Shown: positions 28,037 through 37,671, counted from the first letter of the stretch. The stretch: 64,000 nt of DNA from a candidate division FCPU426 bacterium (GCA_963830915.1 CAWHOE010000042.1:15186-79185), one strand, 5' to 3'. Notes: a model not told the origin generated them from the sequence alone. Made by a program: numbers and translations.

Positions 28037-28070
28037 GATCAAAACGAGAGGCAAATGTCTTTATTGATCG
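28037..28070. promoter_or_regulatory. Candidate UAS GATCAAAACGAG-N12-TTATTGATCG shared by divergent promoters
   Basis: Motif family as at 24096, 31343, 39674, 50944. Confidence 0.45.
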
Positions 28071-28110
28071 CATCGATGAAATAAATAGTCATGACAGCGG
28101 GAAAACCCGC

Positions 28111-28124
28111 GGCACGTTCCTTGC
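28111..28124 (+). promoter_or_regulatory. sigma-54 promoter GGCACGTTCCTTGC (+TTTAACACCCTCC) for DUF3494 gene
   Basis: Perfect match to TGGCACG-N4-TTGC consensus; 27-nt block identical to 39803-39830. Confidence 0.6.
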
Positions 28125-28188
28125 TTTAACACCCTCCATGGTTTTCGTTCTCAAAACAGAAATCCAAATAATACGCAAGGAAGTTAAA

Positions 28189-28986
28189 GTGAAAAAGTTC
28201 ATAGCTCTTTCGATCATGCTGGCACTGTTCCCGGCGGTCTTTATGACGGGATGTACCGGCTCAACGCCGACAGGTTCAAGCAACAATGGGGGCCCGACCG
28301 CAACACCAACGGCCACACCCATTCCGGGCATTTATTTAACGCCCCAAACCACCCCTCAAGCGCAGGTCTCCCTATTGACCGCGGCTAATTACGTGATCCT
28401 GTCCTACACGGGGATCACCAATAGCGGGCCCAGCACCACCTGCGGGGGTTATGGGGTCTATCCGGATGGATTGACCTCGGTAACGGGTTCTCCCGCGATC
28501 GTGGAGAATTGCGGCGGGGCCATTGATGTGGGCGATGCCACCGCGGATCAGGCCAAAAAAGACCTGGGAACGGCATATACCAACATCGGGAACCGGGTAG
28601 GCGGCGCGCCCATCCCGTCAGGCGCCGATATCGGGGGAACGACCCTGTATCCCGGTCTGTACATTGACAACGGGGACCTGAACATATCCTCCTCGGATTT
28701 GACCCTGGACGCCCAAGGCGACTCGACCGCCATCTTTATCTTCAAGGTTTCGGGCGTACTGACCGTCGCGACCAGCCGAAAGGTCACCCTGGCCAATAAC
28801 GCGAACGCCGCCAATGTCTATTGGTGGTTGACCAAGAACTGTACCTTGAACGCTTCCGTCCAAATGAAGGGGACCATCATGGCTTATACCTCCGTCACCT
28901 TCGGCAACAGTACCGTGCTGACCGGGCGGGCCCTGGCCGAAAACGGGGATGTAACTTTGCTGACCAATACCATTACCCATCCTTAA
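28189..28986 (+). CDS. DUF3494 / ice-binding-like family lipoprotein (beta-solenoid)
   Basis: Lipobox AVFMTGC; ILSYTGITNSG, IDVGDATADQAKKDLGTAY, GTTLYPGLY, NVYWWL, GTIMAYTSVTF, GRALAENGDVTL match the ice-binding-like fold family; GTG start (ATG at 28138 lies before the promoter-proximal segment). Confidence 0.65.
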   Translation: MKKFIALSIMLALFPAVFMTGCTGSTPTGSSNNGGPTATPTATPIPGIYLTPQTTPQAQVSLLTAANYVILSYTGITNSGPSTTCGGYGVYPDGLTSVTGSPAIVENCGGAIDVGDATADQAKKDLGTAYTNIGNRVGGAPIPSGADIGGTTLYPGLYIDNGDLNISSSDLTLDAQGDSTAIFIFKVSGVLTVATSRKVTLANNANAANVYWWLTKNCTLNASVQMKGTIMAYTSVTFGNSTVLTGRALAENGDVTLLTNTITHP

Positions 28987-29016
28987 ACGAAGGTAGAGGA
29001 GAACGTGAGTCAAAGG

Positions 29017-29052
29017 AAAGCGCGGACCAGGCCAAAGCCCGGTCCGCTTTTC
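29017..29052 (+). terminator. Rho-independent terminator
   Basis: GCGCGGACCAGG-ccaaag-CCCGGTCCGC followed by TTTT. Confidence 0.6.
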
Positions 29053-29110
29053 CATATTGAAGGGATTCAAAACTGTTGAACGGGTCTCAAAAATAAAGGA
29101 GGTTTCTGTC

Positions 29111-29401
29111 ATGGGCGCGAAAAGGGACGCTTACGTTGAGGAAATAAAAGGGAAGATCGACCATTGGAACCTGGAGATCGATAAGTTCCAGGCCAAGGCG
29201 GACATTGCCAAGGCGAAGGCCCAAGTCCAATACCTGAAACATATCGAGGAATTGAAGGACAAACGCAAGGAAGTCGAAGCGAAGCTGGATGAAATTCAGC
29301 GGTCCAGCGAAACGGCCTGGGAAGACGTGAAAGCCGGGGCGGATAAAGCATGGAAGTCCATGAGTGAGACGATCAAGATCGCTCGATCCAGGTTCAAATG
29401 A
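29111..29401 (+). CDS. Small coiled-coil hypothetical protein
   Basis: AAGGAGG RBS; heptad-rich KAKAQVQYLKHIEELKDKRKEVEAKLDEIQ. Confidence 0.45.
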   Translation: MGAKRDAYVEEIKGKIDHWNLEIDKFQAKADIAKAKAQVQYLKHIEELKDKRKEVEAKLDEIQRSSETAWEDVKAGADKAWKSMSETIKIARSRFK

Positions 29402-29415
29402 CGATCGAAGGGGGT

Positions 29416-30534
29416 ATGAAAGCCAGGACCAGCAGTTCAAATTCGCTTCTCATTCCTTTTCATTACAAGTCATTGAACATGCGCAACCGTTTTGTCATGG
29501 CCCCCATGACCCGTAATTTCTCGCCCAACGGTATACCCACCGCAGAGGTGGCCGCCTATTACCGACGCCGCGCCGAGGGGAATGTGGGGCTCATCCTTTC
29601 CGAAGGCACGGTCATTAATCGGCCGTCGAGCGCCAACTTGCCGGGTATTCCGCGTTTTTACGGGAAAGAATCCCTGGAGGGCTGGAAGGGAGTCATCGAT
29701 AGTGTCCATGAGGCGGGAGGGGTGATGGGTCCTCAGATCTGGCATGTGGGTATCGGGAGCCCGACCCCAACCGGGAATTGGAAACCCGATGCTCCTGCCG
29801 AGGGTCCCTCAGGCTTGTATGGCCCCAGTCTTTCCAACGGTGTCGCCATGAGCGAGAAGGACATCCAGGACACTATCCAGGCTTATGGGGACGCCGCGGG
29901 CGAGGCCAAGCGGATGGGATTCGATACGGTCGAGATCCACGGGGCCCATGGTTATCTTATCGATGAGTTTTTTTGGGCCGCCACCAATCAGCGGGAAGAT
30001 AGTTACGGCGGGAAGACCCTGCCAGAAAGATCCAGATTCGCGATCGAGGTGGTTGAGGCGGTGCGCCGAGCGGTCGGTGATGAATTCACTGTTATCTTGA
30101 GGCTTTCCCAATGGAAGCCCATGGACTACAAGGCCAAGCTGGCCCAAAACCCCAAGGAAATGGAAGCCTGGCTTGTTCCATTGGCCGAGGCGGGTGTGGA
30201 CATTTTCCATTGTTCCCAGCGCAGGTTCTGGGAGGCCGAGTTTCCTGAATCCAGTCTTAATTTCGCAGGATGGGCCAAAAGGTTGACCGGAAAACCGACC
30301 ATCACGGTGGGCTCGGTGGGTTTGACCGGGGAATTCATCGGCGCTTTCAAAGGCGAGGGCTCGGAAGCCCACTCGACCGATGACGTGATCCGCCGTTTCG
30401 AGAATGGGGAGTTCGACCTGGTGGCTGTGGGCCGGGCGGTGCTGTCCGACCCCAACTGGGTCCTTAAGATCGAGCGGGACCGGTTCACGGAATTGATTGG
30501 GTTCAACCAGGAAGACCTGAAAAGACTGACTTAG
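29416..30534 (+). CDS. Old Yellow Enzyme family NAD(P)H:flavin oxidoreductase (alkene reductase)
   Basis: FVMAPMTR, GLILSEGT, HGAHGYLIDEFF, VGRAVLSDPNW are canonical OYE motifs. Confidence 0.85.
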   Translation: MKARTSSSNSLLIPFHYKSLNMRNRFVMAPMTRNFSPNGIPTAEVAAYYRRRAEGNVGLILSEGTVINRPSSANLPGIPRFYGKESLEGWKGVIDSVHEAGGVMGPQIWHVGIGSPTPTGNWKPDAPAEGPSGLYGPSLSNGVAMSEKDIQDTIQAYGDAAGEAKRMGFDTVEIHGAHGYLIDEFFWAATNQREDSYGGKTLPERSRFAIEVVEAVRRAVGDEFTVILRLSQWKPMDYKAKLAQNPKEMEAWLVPLAEAGVDIFHCSQRRFWEAEFPESSLNFAGWAKRLTGKPTITVGSVGLTGEFIGAFKGEGSEAHSTDDVIRRFENGEFDLVAVGRAVLSDPNWVLKIERDRFTELIGFNQEDLKRLT

Positions 30535-30559
30535 AACTCAAAACGGAAATGTTCTTAAA

Positions 30560-30862
30560 CCACATGCCGACTTCCGATTAAAAAATATTTTAAAGATGTC
30601 GGTATTGTACCGATTTCAAAATTTTATATGGAGAATCGGCACAGAGTCGCACGGAGTCACACGTGCCGCTTTTCAATAGACATAATAAGAATGCGGTATT
30701 GTCCCGATTTCTTTGGCCTTTCGGGCCAAAGGGGACAGAGTTAAGTCTCTTTTTTGTAAATCCCATCAATCCCATTAATCTGTGGCTAAAACATCTTTTG
30801 GTTTAATGTGGAATCAAATCCCAATGTCTTACTCTGTGTGACTCCGTGCGACTCTGTGGTGA
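30560..30862 (+). repeat. Composite repeat: family A copy 3 (30560-30652) plus inverted CACAGAGTCGCACGGAGTCACAC / CTCTGTGTGACTCCGTGCGACTCTGTGG pair flanking about 160 nt
   Basis: CATGCCGACTTCC...AGATGTCGGTATTGTACCGATTTC...AATCGGCACAGAG; second TATTGTCCCGATTTC half-copy at 30693. Confidence 0.6.
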
Positions 30863-30871
30863 AAGCCTTGC

Positions 30872-31051
30872 TTATGGTTCTGTTAGGCTATCCCACACCT
30901 CTTTTTCAGCTTCGGCCCAGTCACACATCTTGTCGCCCGCCTGGGCGTAACGCTCCCGGTTCAAATAACAGTAATAGGCGGCTTGTTCGATCTGTTGGGT
31001 GATCTCAGTCTCGGTCAGCGCGACTTTTTTTTGTTTTGTGTCATCGCTCAT
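30872..31051 (-). CDS. DUF2934 small protein (paralog 2)
   Basis: IEQAAYYCYLNRERYAQAGDKMCDWAEAEKEV; start at MSDDTKQKK. Confidence 0.6.
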   Translation of the reverse strand: MSDDTKQKKVALTETEITQQIEQAAYYCYLNRERYAQAGDKMCDWAEAEKEVWDSLTEP

Positions 31052-31081
31052 TTCGGATCCTTTTTGGGAGTATTCATCATT

Positions 31082-31245
31082 AACCACCAAGGCACCAAGA
31101 CACCAAGAAAATCTTTTTGAAGGTGTTTGAAAAACCAAGAAGGCAATCTAAATGAATCTCTTGTTTGAATTTGTAACTTAAAGAATTTTTCTTCACAAAG
31201 ACTACAAGGGTTTCTTTGTGCCTTGGTGCCTTGGTGGTTCAAATT
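31082..31245. mobile_element. MITE-like element: inverted repeats TTAACCACCAAGGCACCAAGACACCAAGAAAAT / TTTGTGCCTTGGTGCCTTGGTGGTTCAAATT flanking about 105 bp
   Basis: Arms built from CCTTGGTG octamer iterations; second full copy at 52779-52952, solo arm at 45592-45628. Confidence 0.55.
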
Positions 31246-31267
31246 GTGTTTTGGGTTAACAGTGAGT

Positions 31268-31281
31268 GCAAGAAACAAGCC
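31268..31281 (-). promoter_or_regulatory. sigma-54 promoter (GGCTTGTTTCTTGCA) upstream of DUF2934 paralog 2
   Basis: GG-N10-GC with TTGCA; long (about 200 nt) leader containing the MITE-like element. Confidence 0.4.
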
Positions 31282-31342
31282 GAGTCGTTTCGATCCGATC
31301 TTTTGTAATTTGACCCTTTTTCGATGGTTCCATCCCAAGAAA

Positions 31343-31376
31343 ATCAAAACGAGACCGAAACCGATCATTTTGATCG
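31343..31376. promoter_or_regulatory. Candidate UAS ATCAAAACGAG-N9-GATCATTTTGATCG
   Basis: About 95-125 nt upstream of the sigma-54 core at 31468. Confidence 0.5.
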
Positions 31377-31467
31377 GGAAGTCAGCGTCACATACAGGGA
31401 CGCGGGTTCCGCCCCGCAAATATCGACCTTTCTCCTTTGTTCGGTGGGGTGGAGCCGCGCCAGCGGG

Positions 31468-31481
31468 GGCACGTTCCTTGC
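31468..31481 (+). promoter_or_regulatory. sigma-54 promoter GGCACGTTCCTTGC for SPFH/PRC-barrel/H+-ATPase operon
   Basis: Perfect -24/-12 consensus; ATG 31536. Confidence 0.6.
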
Positions 31482-31535
31482 TTTAACACTAACCTCAAGT
31501 CATGGGATCAAATATCTTTCACGGAGGCTTTTGAA

Positions 31536-32465
31536 ATGAGAAACGGAAGTTCTTTTCCGATGTTGGTGTTCTGCGTCATTGTGGCACTCGGCGGCGGTTT
31601 GGCTTATGTAATCTATCTCGGCAATCCATCCAATTTTCCTGTCAGCGTTTTCATCGGGGCACTTACTTTTGCCGCCGCCCTGATAAGCTCGCTCGCGATC
31701 AAGGTCGCGGACCAATGGGAAAGGGTCGTGATCCTGCGTCTGGGCAAGTATCGGTCCCTGGAAGGCCCCGGCCTGTTCTTCATCATCCCCATCATCGACG
31801 ATATCGCCTATTGGATCGACACCCGGGTGATCACCTCCGCCTTCAAGGCCGAGAAGACCCTGACCAAGGACACGGTGCCGGTGGACGTGGACGCGGTGCT
31901 GTTCTGGAAAGTGGTGGATCCCAAGAAAGCGGCCCTGGACGTGGCCGATTACCAGAGCGCCATCCAATGGGCCTCCCAGACGGCCCTGAGGGACGTGATC
32001 GGCAAGACCATGCTCTCCGACATGCTGGAAGGCCGGGAAAAGATCAGCAGCGAGCTCCAAAAGATCATCGATGTGCGCACCGAGCCCTGGGGCATCAACG
32101 TCATCTCGGTGGAGGTGAAGGACGTGCTGATCCCCGCGGCCTTGGAGGACGCCATGTCCATGCAGGCCCAGGCGGAAAGGGAGCGTCAGGCCCGCGTGAT
32201 CCTGGGTGATTCGGAACGCCAGGTGGCGGAGAAGTTCGGGGAAGCGGCCAAGACCTATATCAACAATCCGGTCGCCCTTCATTTGAGGGCCATGAACATG
32301 CTTTACGAGGGGTTGAAGGCCAATTCCACGATCGTCATCGTGCCAAGTTCGGTGGTGGAAACCATGCAGTTGGGAGGGATGGCAGGACTGACGGCCTTGA
32401 CCATGGGTATCGGGCAGGAACAGGCGAACAAAGCGAAGGTTATTGGACCAGGAACCCAAACGTGA
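31536..32465 (+). CDS. SPFH/band-7 (stomatin-like) membrane protein
   Basis: N-terminal TM + SPFH core (QWERVVILRLGKY...TKDTVPVDVDAVLFWKVVDP...) and coiled-coil tail. Confidence 0.8.
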   Translation: MRNGSSFPMLVFCVIVALGGGLAYVIYLGNPSNFPVSVFIGALTFAAALISSLAIKVADQWERVVILRLGKYRSLEGPGLFFIIPIIDDIAYWIDTRVITSAFKAEKTLTKDTVPVDVDAVLFWKVVDPKKAALDVADYQSAIQWASQTALRDVIGKTMLSDMLEGREKISSELQKIIDVRTEPWGINVISVEVKDVLIPAALEDAMSMQAQAERERQARVILGDSERQVAEKFGEAAKTYINNPVALHLRAMNMLYEGLKANSTIVIVPSSVVETMQLGGMAGLTALTMGIGQEQANKAKVIGPGTQT

Positions 32466-32508
32466 AGTCGGCGGTGAAAAGATACTCAAAGCTCGAAAGG
32501 AAATCAAA

Positions 32509-33279
32509 ATGTTGAATAAAGCAAAAAACATGCAGGGTTACAAATTGCACGGCAAGGATGGGGAATTGGGAACGATCCAGGAGTTCTTCTTCGACGACCA
32601 CCACTGGACGATCCGCTATCTGGTGGTTGACACGGGAACCTGGCTCGCTGGCCGACAGGTATTGATCTCTCCCTACGCGGTGACCTCGGTCCAACATGAG
32701 GGAAGATATGTCAGTGTCGAGTTGACCAAAAGGCAGATCGAGAACAGCCCGTCGTTGGAAAGCGACAAGCCGGTCTCGAGACAATTCGAGGAAACCTATC
32801 ACGACTATTACAAATTTCCCGTCTATTGGGGAGGCGCCTTCGCCTGGGGCCCCTATTCCTACATCAACCGCAACCGAGAAAACAGGGAAGAACCTGTAGC
32901 CGCTCATAAGGAGTGGGACCGCAACTTGCGCAGTACGGAAGACGTCACGAACCACCACATCCAGGCCCTGGACGGCGAGGTCGGATATGTCGAGGATTTC
33001 ATCATTGACGACGAGAACTGGGCGATCCGCTACCTGGTCGTCAGTACCAATAATTGGCTGCCGGGAAAACACGTCCTCTTGTCGACCCGCTGGATCCAGA
33101 GCGTGAGCTGGAACGAACAGAAGGTATTCGTCGGCCTGACCAGGGAGGCCATCAAGAACTCGCCTGAGTTCTCGGCCCATTCCCTCCTGACCCGGGAATA
33201 CGAGGTGGGACTGCACCGCCATTACGACCGCCATGGCTATTGGCTTGATGACCTGGAAGTTGTCAAAACCACCCATTGA
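32509..33279 (+). CDS. Tandem PRC-barrel domain protein (paralog A)
   Basis: Two repeats of LxGxxV.D..G..xG.V.DF..D...W.IRYLVV.T..WL.G..VL.S motif. Confidence 0.65.
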   Translation: MLNKAKNMQGYKLHGKDGELGTIQEFFFDDHHWTIRYLVVDTGTWLAGRQVLISPYAVTSVQHEGRYVSVELTKRQIENSPSLESDKPVSRQFEETYHDYYKFPVYWGGAFAWGPYSYINRNRENREEPVAAHKEWDRNLRSTEDVTNHHIQALDGEVGYVEDFIIDDENWAIRYLVVSTNNWLPGKHVLLSTRWIQSVSWNEQKVFVGLTREAIKNSPEFSAHSLLTREYEVGLHRHYDRHGYWLDDLEVVKTTH

Positions 33280-33328
33280 AATGGTCGTTCACCCGCCGTA
33301 CCGCAGTTGAAGTGGAAAGGAACTCTTT

Positions 33329-33649
33329 ATGATGGAAAAAGTCAGGCCGCTGAAAAACTACAAATTATTCGACCGCGCTGGCGTGTTGGGAAAGATCAAG
33401 GAATTCTATTTCGACGATAACCACTGGACCATCCGTTATTGGGCCGCGGGAATGGGAAAACTGCTTTCGGGCAGGGAAGTAACCATCTCACCCTACGAGC
33501 TGGCCGGGGTGAACAAGGGAAACCACCGCATCACGGTCGATCTGGGTAAAAAGCGGATGGAAGAGCGTCTGCCCGCGCGGGATGGACTGGCCGGTCTGCG
33601 CCTGCATTACAAACTCCAGGCTTGCTGGGTCGATGAGATGACCCGTTAA
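33329..33649 (+). CDS. Single PRC-barrel domain protein (paralog B)
   Basis: KLFDRAGVLGKIKEFYFDDNHWTIRYWAAGMGKLLSGREVTISPYEL. Confidence 0.55.
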   Translation: MMEKVRPLKNYKLFDRAGVLGKIKEFYFDDNHWTIRYWAAGMGKLLSGREVTISPYELAGVNKGNHRITVDLGKKRMEERLPARDGLAGLRLHYKLQACWVDEMTR

Positions 33650-33684
33650 AAACGGCCAAAACAAAGTCAAGGAAGGAATGAACC

Positions 33685-34461
33685 ATGCTGAACAAAACCA
33701 AAATTCTGAAGGGTTACAAATTGCACGGCCTGGACGGGGAAATAGGCGAGGTCAATGAGTTCTATTTCGATGACCAGTTTTGGACGGTCCGTTATCTGGT
33801 CGCCAACACGGTCCGGTGGCTTCCGGGACGGCCGGTGTTGATCTCGCCATACGCGCTGGGCGCGGTGGATAAGGAAAACCGGAGCATCACGGTCAAATTG
33901 ACGAAAAAACAGATCGAGGAAAGTCCCTCGTTGGAAAGCGATAAGCCCGTCTCGAGGCAGTTCGAGGAGGCTTACCACGAGCATTACGGTTGGCCTGCCT
34001 ATTGGAGCGGCGTATACGCTTGGGGACCTAATCCATTCATTTTGCCGGGTCGTGATAAACCTAAAAAAAACCTGTTCGGCGGTAAAAGGCCGGACCACCA
34101 TTTACGCAGTACGGATAAGGTGAGCGGATATGTCATCCAAGCGTCGGACGGTGAGATCGGCCATGTCTCTGATTTCATCATCGACGAAGAGACCTGGGCG
34201 ATCCGTTACCTGGTCATCGATACGAGGAATTGGCTGCCCGGAAAGTATGTCCTGGTCTCGACCAAATGGATCGAGCGGGTGAGCTGGGTTGAATCCAAGG
34301 TGTACGTCAATCTTTCCAGGGAGATGATCAAGTCTTCGCCCGAATACACGCCCGAATCCCTATTGACCCGGGATTACGAGATCGGCCTGCACCGTCATTA
34401 CGACCGCCACGGATATTGGGTGGAAGAGGTGGGAGCCGGAAAAAGCGCCCACATTGGGTAG
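33685..34461 (+). CDS. Tandem PRC-barrel domain protein (paralog C)
   Basis: About 65% identical to paralog A incl. SPSLESDKPVSRQFEE and LLTR(D/E)YE(I/V)GLHRHYDRHGYW blocks. Confidence 0.65.
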   Translation: MLNKTKILKGYKLHGLDGEIGEVNEFYFDDQFWTVRYLVANTVRWLPGRPVLISPYALGAVDKENRSITVKLTKKQIEESPSLESDKPVSRQFEEAYHEHYGWPAYWSGVYAWGPNPFILPGRDKPKKNLFGGKRPDHHLRSTDKVSGYVIQASDGEIGHVSDFIIDEETWAIRYLVIDTRNWLPGKYVLVSTKWIERVSWVESKVYVNLSREMIKSSPEYTPESLLTRDYEIGLHRHYDRHGYWVEEVGAGKSAHIG

Positions 34462-34566
34462 ATGGTCGGCGGGGCAGCCCTGCCGTTGGAAGAGGGAGGG
34501 TCCTATGGCAACGATGAGCCGAAAGCCCCGTGAATGGTTTAAAGAAAAAATGATGGGAGATAACCG

Positions 34567-37107
34567 ATGACAGAACAAGAAGGCAAAAAGAAACCTGAGC
34601 CTAAGGCCGGGTTGCAACTGATCCCTCAGGATGACCTGCAAAAACTGCCCCTGGCTGAAGTGGAGAAAAAGTTGGGATCGACGCCCGACGGCCTCACTCA
34701 GGCTGAGGCGCAAAAACGGCTGGCCCAATACGGGCCCAATGAGATCGAGGAAAAAAAGACCAACCTTTTCCTGAAATTCCTAGGCTATTTTTGGGGGCCC
34801 ATCCCCTGGATGATCGAGGCGGCCGTGATCCTTTCGGCGGCGGCGCGCCATTGGCCCGATTTTTTCATCATCCTTCTTCTGCTTTTCGCCAACGCCGTCG
34901 TCGGGTTCTGGGAAGAACACCAGGCGGGCAACGCTATCGAGGCCCTGAAGGCCAAGCTGGCGGTCAAGGCCAGGGTATTGCGGGATGGGAAGTGGACCAC
35001 TCCGCCGGCCAAGGAATTGGTGCCGGGCGATGTCATCCGCCTGCGCCTGGGCGACATCGTTCCGGCGGACGCGCGCCTGCTTTCGGGCGACGAAGTGGAG
35101 GTGGACCAGTCCGCCTTGACAGGGGAATCCCTGCCCGTCGTGAAAAAGTCCGGAGAAGCGGTGTTTTCGGGTTCGATCCTCCGGCAGGGGGAAATTGGCG
35201 CCATGGCCTATGCCACGGGCGGGAACACTTTTTTCGGAAAGACGGCCAAACTGGTGCAGGACGCCCATACCGTCAGCCATTTCCAAAAAGCGGTCTTGAA
35301 GATCGGCGATTACCTGATATTCCTCGCGGTGGCGTTGGTGGCGTTGATCATCATGGTCGCCATATTCCGCGGCGACCCGATCCTCACCACGCTCCAGTTC
35401 GCCCTGGTGCTGACGGTGGCCGCCATCCCCGTGGCGATGCCGACGGTCTTGTCGGTGACCATGGCGGTGGGGGCGCGCCTGCTCGCGAAAAAACAGGCGA
35501 TCGTCAGCAAACTGGTGGCCATCGAGGAATTGGCGGGAGTGGACGTGCTTTGCGCGGACAAGACCGGCACCCTGACCCAGAACAAGCTGACCCTGGGCGA
35601 TCCCTTCTGCCTGGATAAGATCACCCCGGAGCAGGTGATCCTCAACGCCGCGCTGGCCTCGCGTGCGGAAAATAACGACACCATTGACCTGGCCGTCCTG
35701 GGGGGGCTGAAGGACCCAGCGGTCCTGAAGGAATACCAGGTGGCTCATTTCACGCCCTTCGACGCCGTGCATAAGCGCACCGAGGCCACCGTCAAGGATA
35801 AGGATGGAAAGGAATTCAAGGTCACCAAGGGCGCGCCCCAGGTCATCTTGGCCCTGTCGGCGAATGCCTCGCAGGAAAAGCCCGCCGTTGAGAAGGCCGT
35901 CGATGAGTTCGCGGCCCGTGGTTTTCGTTCCTTGGGCGTGGCCCGGGCCGAGGGGGGAGGTCCTTGGCAGCTCCTGGGCGTCCTGCCTTTGTTCGACCCT
36001 CCCCGGGAAGACGCAAAGGAAACCATCGCGACCGCCCTGAAGATGGGCGTGAAGGTCAAGATGGTCACGGGCGACGCGCTGGCCATCGCCAAGGAAACCG
36101 CCAAAAAACTGGACATGGGCGTGAATATCCTGGACGCGGCCAGTCTAGGCGACTCCAAAAAAGAAGAATCGTCGGAGACGGCCGAATCCATCGAGAAGGC
36201 GGATGGGTTCGCCCAAGTGTTCCCCGAGCACAAGTTCCATATCGTGGATGTCCTTCAAAAACGCGGGCATCTGGTCGGGATGACCGGCGACGGGGTGAAC
36301 GACGCCCCGGCGTTGAAGAAGGCCGATTGCGGCATCGCCGTTTCGGGCGCCACGGACGCGGCCCGCGCCGCGGCCTCCATCGTATTGATGACCCCCGGTT
36401 TGTCGGTGATCATCGACGCGGTCAAGGAAAGCCGGAAAATTTTCCAACGGATGAACAGCTACGCCATCTACCGGATCTCCGAGACCCTGCGTGTGCTCTT
36501 ATTCATGACGGCGTCGATCCTGGCGTTCAACTTTTACCCCGTGACCGCCGTGATGATCGTGATGCTGGCCTTGCTCAATGACGGCGCCATCCTGTCTATC
36601 GCCTACGACAACGTAAAATACAAGGATCAGCCCGAGGCCTGGAACATGCGGATGGTCCTGGGAATATCCACGGTCCTTGGCGTCATTGGGGTTGTCTCCG
36701 CTTTCGGTTTGTTTTACCTCGGGGAAAGGGTTTTCCACCTTGACCGTTCCCATATCCAGACGCTGATGTATTTGAAGCTGTCCGTGGCGGGCCATCTGAC
36801 GATATTCCTCACGCGCACGCGCGGCGCTTTCTGGACCATACGTCCCGCGAAGATATTATGGATCGCCGTGCTTGGCACCCAGATCATCGCGACCTTGATC
36901 GCGGTCTATGGTTTCCTGATGACGCCGCTGGGTTGGGGCTGGGCGGGTTTCGTGTGGGGGTACGCGCTGGTTTGGTTCCTCATCAATGACCGGTTGAAAC
37001 TGCTGGCCTACCGGATATTCGATCCCTCGAAAACCGATGTTGGACCAAGGGAAGAGAATCGCAGAGTGGAAAAACTGGGCGCCGAAAGAAGCGCCAGCGT
37101 TGGTTAG
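34567..37107 (+). CDS. P-type ATPase, type IIIA plasma-membrane H+-ATPase-like
   Basis: CADKTGTLTQNKLT phosphorylation site, MVTGD, GMTGDGVNDAPALKKAD, TGESLPV; overall similarity to PMA1/AHA-type pumps. Confidence 0.9.
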   Translation: MTEQEGKKKPEPKAGLQLIPQDDLQKLPLAEVEKKLGSTPDGLTQAEAQKRLAQYGPNEIEEKKTNLFLKFLGYFWGPIPWMIEAAVILSAAARHWPDFFIILLLLFANAVVGFWEEHQAGNAIEALKAKLAVKARVLRDGKWTTPPAKELVPGDVIRLRLGDIVPADARLLSGDEVEVDQSALTGESLPVVKKSGEAVFSGSILRQGEIGAMAYATGGNTFFGKTAKLVQDAHTVSHFQKAVLKIGDYLIFLAVALVALIIMVAIFRGDPILTTLQFALVLTVAAIPVAMPTVLSVTMAVGARLLAKKQAIVSKLVAIEELAGVDVLCADKTGTLTQNKLTLGDPFCLDKITPEQVILNAALASRAENNDTIDLAVLGGLKDPAVLKEYQVAHFTPFDAVHKRTEATVKDKDGKEFKVTKGAPQVILALSANASQEKPAVEKAVDEFAARGFRSLGVARAEGGGPWQLLGVLPLFDPPREDAKETIATALKMGVKVKMVTGDALAIAKETAKKLDMGVNILDAASLGDSKKEESSETAESIEKADGFAQVFPEHKFHIVDVLQKRGHLVGMTGDGVNDAPALKKADCGIAVSGATDAARAAASIVLMTPGLSVIIDAVKESRKIFQRMNSYAIYRISETLRVLLFMTASILAFNFYPVTAVMIVMLALLNDGAILSIAYDNVKYKDQPEAWNMRMVLGISTVLGVIGVVSAFGLFYLGERVFHLDRSHIQTLMYLKLSVAGHLTIFLTRTRGAFWTIRPAKILWIAVLGTQIIATLIAVYGFLMTPLGWGWAGFVWGYALVWFLINDRLKLLAYRIFDPSKTDVGPREENRRVEKLGAERSASVG

Positions 37108-37180
37108 AAGGTTCCATTGGAATCAGGTGTGCCCTCAAAAGGGGTGATGGATGAAGTTAGAAGGACCAAGGAGGCGGTAC

Positions 37181-37552
37181 ATGAAGGGTTTAAGTTTTTT
37201 GATGGTCTCGATTTGGTTGTTAGGAACGGCAGGGTTGGCTTCGGCGCAAACGACGAACGCGCAGGGGCAATTCATCGAAGGCGCGCAAATGTCGAAGGCC
37301 CAGATATGGGGCCGGGTCCATGACCAGATCGCCAGGGTTAACGCGGCCTCCAAAGTGGGCAAGCTGCTCATAGGTGAAGCCGCCTCGCTCCTGGCTCAAT
37401 TGCAGTCGATCAGGGACACGATCAAGGCTGATTACGTCGAGAACGGGAAAAAAGAACTGAGCGACGACCAGAAGATCGCGTTGAATGACATGTTGGATGG
37501 GACCGCCAGAAGTATATCGGACAAGGGCGGGTATCAGTACGCTTCTCCCTGA
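37181..37552 (+). CDS. Secreted hypothetical protein
   Basis: Signal peptide MKGLSFLMVSIWLLGTAGLASA. Confidence 0.45.
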   Translation: MKGLSFLMVSIWLLGTAGLASAQTTNAQGQFIEGAQMSKAQIWGRVHDQIARVNAASKVGKLLIGEAASLLAQLQSIRDTIKADYVENGKKELSDDQKIALNDMLDGTARSISDKGGYQYASP

Positions 37553-37671
37553 ATAGGGGTTTGGTAGGGCCTGAAATTCTCCCGGGCTCGCTGTCCGGGA
37601 GGGCCCTCGTTCAACACAACTTTCCGGCTCTTTTGTTCTTCAAACAATGAAGTCAAACCCATCAAAAAGAT

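Noticed and set aside
28138-28188. ATG at 28138 as the start of the DUF3494 gene
   Set aside because: It lies within the conserved promoter block (CCCTCCATGG, also present at 39822-39830), before the expected sigma-54 transcription start. GTG 28189, just before the lipoprotein signal, is preferred, but the upstream ATG cannot be excluded.
34780-36795. Several long antisense or alternate-frame ORFs inside the P-type ATPase gene (for example 34780-35772 minus, 35964-36581 plus)
   Set aside because: Arg/Gly/Pro/His-rich translations typical of high-GC off-frame artefacts. The ATPase frame carries all family motifs.
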